A stretch of 43,018 nucleotides of DNA from Hydrurus foetidus (taxonomy: Eukaryota), in contig UYFQ01000573.1 in NCBI GenBank assembly GCA_900617105.1, positions 1-43,018 on the forward strand. Direction: 5' to 3'. The notes below the pieces were generated by a model that was not told the DNA's origin, did no database searches, and saw only the letters and a program-made list of their open reading frames with translations. Both the position numbers and the translations under genes were made by a program. Below, piece by piece: positions 37,625 to 43,018 of the stretch (its first letter is position 1; every line of letters begins with the position of its first letter).

Positions 37625-39608
37625 ATGAAGCGCGGTGCTGCCCCAAGCAATGTGGCGGCTTCCAAGAAGCAGAAAAAAATCGCGTCTTCTCAACCTTCTA
37701 GCCAGAGTTCAAAATCTCTGAGGCCTTCTCCTGCGGTTATGGCAACTGTGTCTAAGTCCAAAGCAGCACCTTTAAATCACAAGCAATTAAAAGCAATTCA
37801 AAACCTGATCTCAGGGGCAAGTTACTTCTCGGTTCTCGAATCGAACGCCATGGCTGGGGTGAAGATACGGGAAAGATGTTACATGTACTACCATGGGTAC
37901 GATGATGATCATCCGGGATTTCTACGTCTATTCTTGGCAGGGAACGGGAGATTTAGAGTTTTATGGGATGATGATCGGATTATTTCAGGTCTCGGATATA
38001 TCAGTGGAATCAGCAAAGCCACTTGCAAAGCGATTTTGGGCTACTCGACCCTTTCGAAGAAAAATCTTCTCAATGGAAGGCAAATTCATGACAAGGCCAA
38101 AGCCGCACTTATGGAGGCCAAGAAACTATTAGCCTATTGGATGAAGTTTTTGGTGAACGATCAGATGCCCAGCGGTAAAGATGAGGAAGACGCTCTTAAG
38201 TACGTTATTCGACGTGCTCGGGAGGAAACGTCCGTGGAGCTAGTGGACGACGACGAGGAACTAGCCGATGACGGTTTGAATACTCAGGAGGAGACTGTGA
38301 AAGAGGAAATTGATTATGACGAGGCAGACAACGATGAGGAAAAACCTGACAATGAGGACACAAATATCAAGAGAGAAGATGTGGACAGCGATCCAGATTT
38401 CTTTGACTCTGAAGAAGATGAGAAGAAGACTGTATCTGCGAAGAAAACAGTCTGTGAGTCAACTTTTCTACCTGCAGCTCTTCTCTTATTCATTCTGTAT
38501 GGACCCTATGGAGTTGCTGCCTATGGACTTGAGATATCTTCTGCATTATCAATGGATACTGTGGGCATTGATGAGCAAGTGGGCGCCAAGAAGTCTATGA
38601 CTCAAGTATCCATCAGGCGGTCAGAGAAAAAAGATCAAGACACGAGAAGGTAAGCACTTTTAATTAGTATTACTTCTCTTTGATTGAATAATATCTAACT
38701 GATTTTATTGCAGGGTTGAGTAACCTAATCGTGGCATATCGGCTTCAATTCAAGCCCGATTGGAGTCTTCCAATAGAGATCAGAACCTGATGGAAGGCAT
38801 CGCGATGAAGAAAGATTACATGAACAAATTCTTGGTGATAAAAGATATTCTGGCCATTTGTGGTCCTTACTTTAGTGAGGAAACAAGAAATAATTGGATG
38901 AATAACCTTATTGATCGTGGCAATGACTATCTTAATGATATGTACCTGATCTCAAAGCATGGTTTTGATAATGATGCGGCTACACAATTTTCTGCAACCT
39001 CTACAACAAGCTCGACGAAAAAAGACGAAAGCAATTCGAATGAGAGGGAGACACCTAGTAATAAGCCTGTTGTGCTCAAGGAAGGAAATCAAATTCTTCG
39101 AATAATTCCTCATCCTCGAGCTCTTCGAGCTCCTCGAACGTTGTGTCTCAATCTCAGTCCCAAGCTTCCAGAGAAATAAATTCCAGACATGGTCCAAGTT
39201 CCAGTGCCCAGTCTACTGATATCACTTCCGTTATTCAAACCTCTCAAATGACTATCAAAACTGCCACCGCTGTGAAGAGTATAACTGACAAGCCAAATCC
39301 TATTCCATTAGCCCCTGGGTCCGCACATCGCATATCCAATGCTGATTTGGAGATAGAAGAGAATATCCCAAAGAGAAGACAAGGATATCTAAAAGGTATA
39401 ATTATTGCTAATCACATTATTAATTTTACTTTGTAATCAAATTTAAAATTAATTGTTATTTATTCAAAATATTCTAGGAGAGACTATCGCATTAAGAGTT
39501 CATGAGGCAAAGGATGATGATGTTAATAGACTAAGACGCCAATATATATCTGAAGAAAAAACTGATACGGAAGTGGCTGTTACACGCGGAAGAAAGAATA
39601 AAAATTAA
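37625..39608 (+). pseudogene. Harbinger B accessory ORF, spliced; premature stop and frameshift
   Basis: 342-aa open first exon with basic N-terminus and acidic tract; intron 38650-38713; in-frame TAA just after the acceptor; frame change near 39150; probable second intron ~39396-39477. Confidence 0.6.
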
Positions 39609-39716
39609 AACTATCTGCACATAAATCAATTCGATTTTTAGTATACAGTAAAGCCTATTAACAAAGCAATATTTTTTAGTGACTTTTTTGATATTTAGTG
39701 ACTATTTTGATATTTA

Positions 39717-41334
39717 TTATTTAGCCATTTTGCCTGTACGTGAAGGCCACTCAATATCTTTTGATGCCCATCTTCTATGAAAACTAGTCACTAACTTGTC
39801 TCGAAAATTTTTGTTTGTCATATTTAATATTTTATAAGTTTTCTTTTTAACCTCAATTTCATCTTCTTCATCGGGAATATTTTCAATATCTTCGAACGCA
39901 ATTGGCCTCCCACCCACAGGACATAAATCAAGCTGTCTATTATTTATACCACCATTAACACGACGGAATATTTTTGGTGCATAAGTATCAATATCGTTTG
40001 TTGTATGCCATCCCAACTCTCCCTCAAATGTACTTTTCACACCTTTTTTCCATTTTTTATTCAACCCATCAACATCTAATAACATATTGTGAAATGCACA
40101 ACATGTAAACCAAATATCATCAGCAGCAGCTATACCATGTACTCTTATACCTGATTTTAAGATTCTCCAGCGACCTATATTAAAAAAGACATATAAAATC
40201 AGAACAATTTAATAATAGTGAATTTAATGTATGTATTATAGTTAATTTGTAAATACCTTTCAATATTCCAAATGTGCATTCAACATCTTTCCTCATTGAT
40301 TCAGCCCATTTTGACCATCTCGTATCTTTTACCGACATAGTATTTTTAAATGGACAAATTAAACTAGACCAATTAAGATAACCCCCATCCACTAAGATCC
40401 ACGCTCCCTCATAATCAATATCTTCTCCTTCACTATCCTTAAGTGTAAACTTGTGATCATTTAGAAATAAACCACGTTGTATATCAGTAACAAACCCATC
40501 AAATCTAACAATGGTTTTATCATTCCATCTGCCTGGATATCCGACAGTTGATGATATAATCTGTCTCCGATGATTAACAACTAACTGATAAGCTCTAGTT
40601 GAATGGGAACTCTTAGATCCTAAATGTTGATTTTTCAATCGCGAATGACACCTTTCTAACACCACATGTGTTACATCCGCTGAACCAATACAACCATCGA
40701 ACCCAGCCAGTTTAAACTCATGCATACAATCCTCTATTTCTTCTTCGGTTTCTGGTCGTTTGACCCATTTTGGATAAAGATGCTTGCGACAGGCTTTTGT
40801 AAAAACCTTCAAGAATACCCTATGTACATCTTGGGATACATAAGTTGCCTCAAAGAGGTCATCGAATGTCCAACCTCTACCCAGATAACGTAGTGATCCT
40901 AGCATTCAAATTTCAAGTGGTGCACCCTTCTGACCCAATGCGTTACAGTTCTCATAATCTGGAAACCAATTATCTTCTCGAGCCTCTTTGACCAGGCTGA
41001 TAAAGGAATCATAAGGCATTCTGAATCTTCTTCTGAATGTTGAGGCAGCAACTTTGCTCATTGGTAATCTGCTCTTAATCACGTATTTCAGGTACCACTC
41101 TGAGTTCAGAGCTATGGTTGGATCGTATCCTTCATATACACGAGTCATGAACTTCCTCTTCTTCACAACCCTTTCAGCATTTTCTTGTTCTTCCTCGTCT
41201 TCCCTTTCATAATCCCTTTCATCATCTGATATATCATCGCGATTTTTTCTAAATTGCATGAATTCAAGGAGATCAATGTCATCATCGCCCTCATAGATAG
41301 TAGACAAGCTTCTGGTCAAGGACATGATTGACAA
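39717..41334 (-). pseudogene. Harbinger B transposase, one intron (40256-40175), single in-frame TGA at 40908-40906
   Basis: FRRRFRMP, GFDGCIGSADVTH, GRWNDKT, VDGGY, RKDVECTFGILKG|RWRIL, CCAFHN. Confidence 0.9.
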
Positions 41335-41570
41335 TTCTATGATCTTAATTGATTAATGCGATTACTATGATAAGTTGATCCATATTTGTCACGTAAAAAT
41401 GCAAGACAAAATCACGCGTCTTTTTTGTTTCAGAGGGCCCTAACAAAATTGAAAAAAAAGAAAAATGGATTTTGATTTTGATTTTTTGTAGCACAAGGTA
41501 CGAGACCGAGACAAAATCAACAAAATTTGAAACTTTGTATTTTGTATTTTGTCTCCCACAAGGATTGACA

Positions 41571-41761
41571 TTAGCGATTAGCGATATACAGTAACAGAGC
41601 TCATCAAACAATAATTGTGAGGTACAATTAATCGCGATTAATCGACGATTAATCGACGATTCATCGTTAACAATTATTAATCGTTTCGAGAATTTTTTCG
41701 GAAGATCAGAATTTTAACGATTAAGGTCAATCCTTGTGGTCTTACAAAAACAAAATACAAA
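41571..41761. repeat. Extra partial copy of the SGNH upstream/hAT MITE start (41571-41724) followed by an isolated 37-bp Harbinger B left end (41725-41761)
   Basis: 41571-41724 is similar to 42011-42151; 41725-41761 is identical to 37400-37436 and preceded by TAA. Confidence 0.85.
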
Positions 41762-41939
41762 GGAATGCTGGATATGCAGATGTAGAGTCGACGCTGCTCC
41801 CGTTCGTTATTGAGTCACCAACACAAGATATTATCAACGTATCCGATGTTTTCGATAAGTGAAGCAGTCCAAGATTGGGAAAAAGAAAACTCATTGCGAT
41901 GACGGCAATAAGAAGCATCATGATGACTTTATTACTCAT
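41761..41939 (-). pseudogene. Truncated duplicate of the SGNH gene 5' end (first ~59 codons)
   Basis: Matches 32349-32527 with two substitutions seen (R2S and one N to D); reads into the Harbinger TIR and stops at 41742. Confidence 0.9.
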
Positions 41940-42034
41940 TCACGCGACAACAACTGCAAGATGGAAGTTTCAAGAGATGACCGCGCAATGCGCAGATTAC
42001 CGAATACCGATTAGCGATTAGCGATATACAGTAA

Positions 42035-42574
42035 CAGAGCTCACCAAACAATAATTGTGAGGTACAATTAATCGCGATTAATCGACGATTAATTGTTAAC
42101 AATTATTAATCGTTTGGAGAATTTTTGGAAGATCACGATTTTAACGATTAATTGTAAGATTAATCGTACCAAAAATAGTGGTAGAAATACGATTAATTAA
42201 TCGTGACAATTAATTGTCTTGATTAATGGGTACGATTAATCTCCTGTGCCATTCCAGTGGTCAGAAAGTTTTCAGTTTGTATGAGAGACATGCTCTGCAC
42301 TCTACCATCGACATCATTTCTCTATAATATTATATAACAAAATGAGTGAGAAGGTAGTGTCGACTATGACGCTTAATTGTCACAATAGTTGTGACAATTA
42401 ATCAAATTGATAAATCGTGATGAGTATTAAATAACAATTATTGTAACAACAATTGCTGCGATTAATCGTAGCGATTATGGATAATCGTAGTCTATCAAAT
42501 AATTAATCGTTTAATTAATTGTTGAGATTTTTAGTGTCACGATTAATCGTACAATTAATCGTTGGTCACCTCTG
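42035..42574. mobile_element. Complete 540-bp hAT-type MITE
   Basis: Perfect 8-bp TSD TACAGTAA (42027-42034, 42575-42582); imperfect TIRs CAGAGCTCACCAA / TTGGTCACCTCTG; dense CGATTAA/TTAATCG subterminal repeats. Confidence 0.88.
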
Positions 42575-43018
42575 TACAGTAATAGTTGTAGTAAGTTTCA
42601 CTGTTTACTGTTTACTGTTTACTGTACCTTCCAGCAAGGGAGTCTTTGTAGAAATTATTCCCAAAGGGGTATTACACTGAGGATATACGGAAAATGTCGA
42701 CACGGAAACTGAAGTGACTGAAAAGCGTGACAACCGAGAACTTTAGTTCCTGAATTGTTACTTTTCACTTGCCGTGGCAGCTGGCCAATGGCCCGACTAT
42801 CCAGCAAACCGACCCAGTAAACAGCTTCCAGCAAATGATTTCCCCCCACGAAACCATAGGGTCTTTTTAACCTGACCGGTGGGTAACCTCCCTAAAAAAA
42901 CTGAAATACACATATTTAATTTGAATTTTCGAATTTTTACTCGAGAAGGGCTCGATAATTTTATTCGAACGGTTGCTGTCAAAAAATAAGAAATGTTCTA
43001 TTCAAATTACCTTCTTTA

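Larger units (their letters stand above)
37400..41570 (-). mobile_element. PIF/Harbinger-superfamily transposon B, ~4.2 kb, mutated
   Basis: TIRs GGTCAATCCTTGTGG / CCACAAGGATTGACA, subterminal AAATACAA repeats, flanks TAA (left) and TTA (right), two convergent genes. Confidence 0.88.

Noticed and set aside
40906..40908. In-frame TGA as evidence of a variant genetic code or readthrough
   Set aside because: Aligns to Lys in transposase A, not Trp; TGA ends gene 1, and ORF2 of the same element is also mutated.
43000..43018. Window end CCTTCTTTA as partner of TAAAGGAAGG at 26701
   Set aside because: Match too short, imperfect and cut by the window edge.

Overview
Eukaryotic nuclear DNA with GT-AG introns and the standard code; a stramenopile-like protist is plausible but only inferred. 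Three host genes can be spliced by hand: a 5-exon four-TM CD20/MS4A-like membrane protein (1283-5671, +), a 4-exon White-family ABCG half-transporter (10997-8665, -) and a 3-exon secreted esterase with two tandem SGNH/GDSL domains (32527-30212, -). The rest is largely nested transposons. Stack 1: an old decayed Copia (about 11991-26717) is split by a full-length 11.2-kb Copia (12563-23792; ~797-bp LTRs, TSD GTAGC), which carries a 196-bp solo-LTR-like insert in RT. This inner Copia is the most unusual object: a CCCH zinc finger in Gag, four ~905-bp tandem copies of the gag core joined by ATGA stop/start overlaps, ~1.6 kb of unexplained coding before the protease, an HSDD RT motif and LTRs that differ almost only in their first ~50 bp. 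Stack 2, upstream of the SGNH gene: an hAT MITE holds a foldback element and an apparently intact two-ORF PIF/Harbinger; next come a second, mutated Harbinger and duplications of the SGNH 5' end whose breakpoints are Harbinger termini. A ghost copy of gene 1 sequence woven into a (TCTG)n tract is probably an assembly-consensus artefact. All alignments were done by eye.
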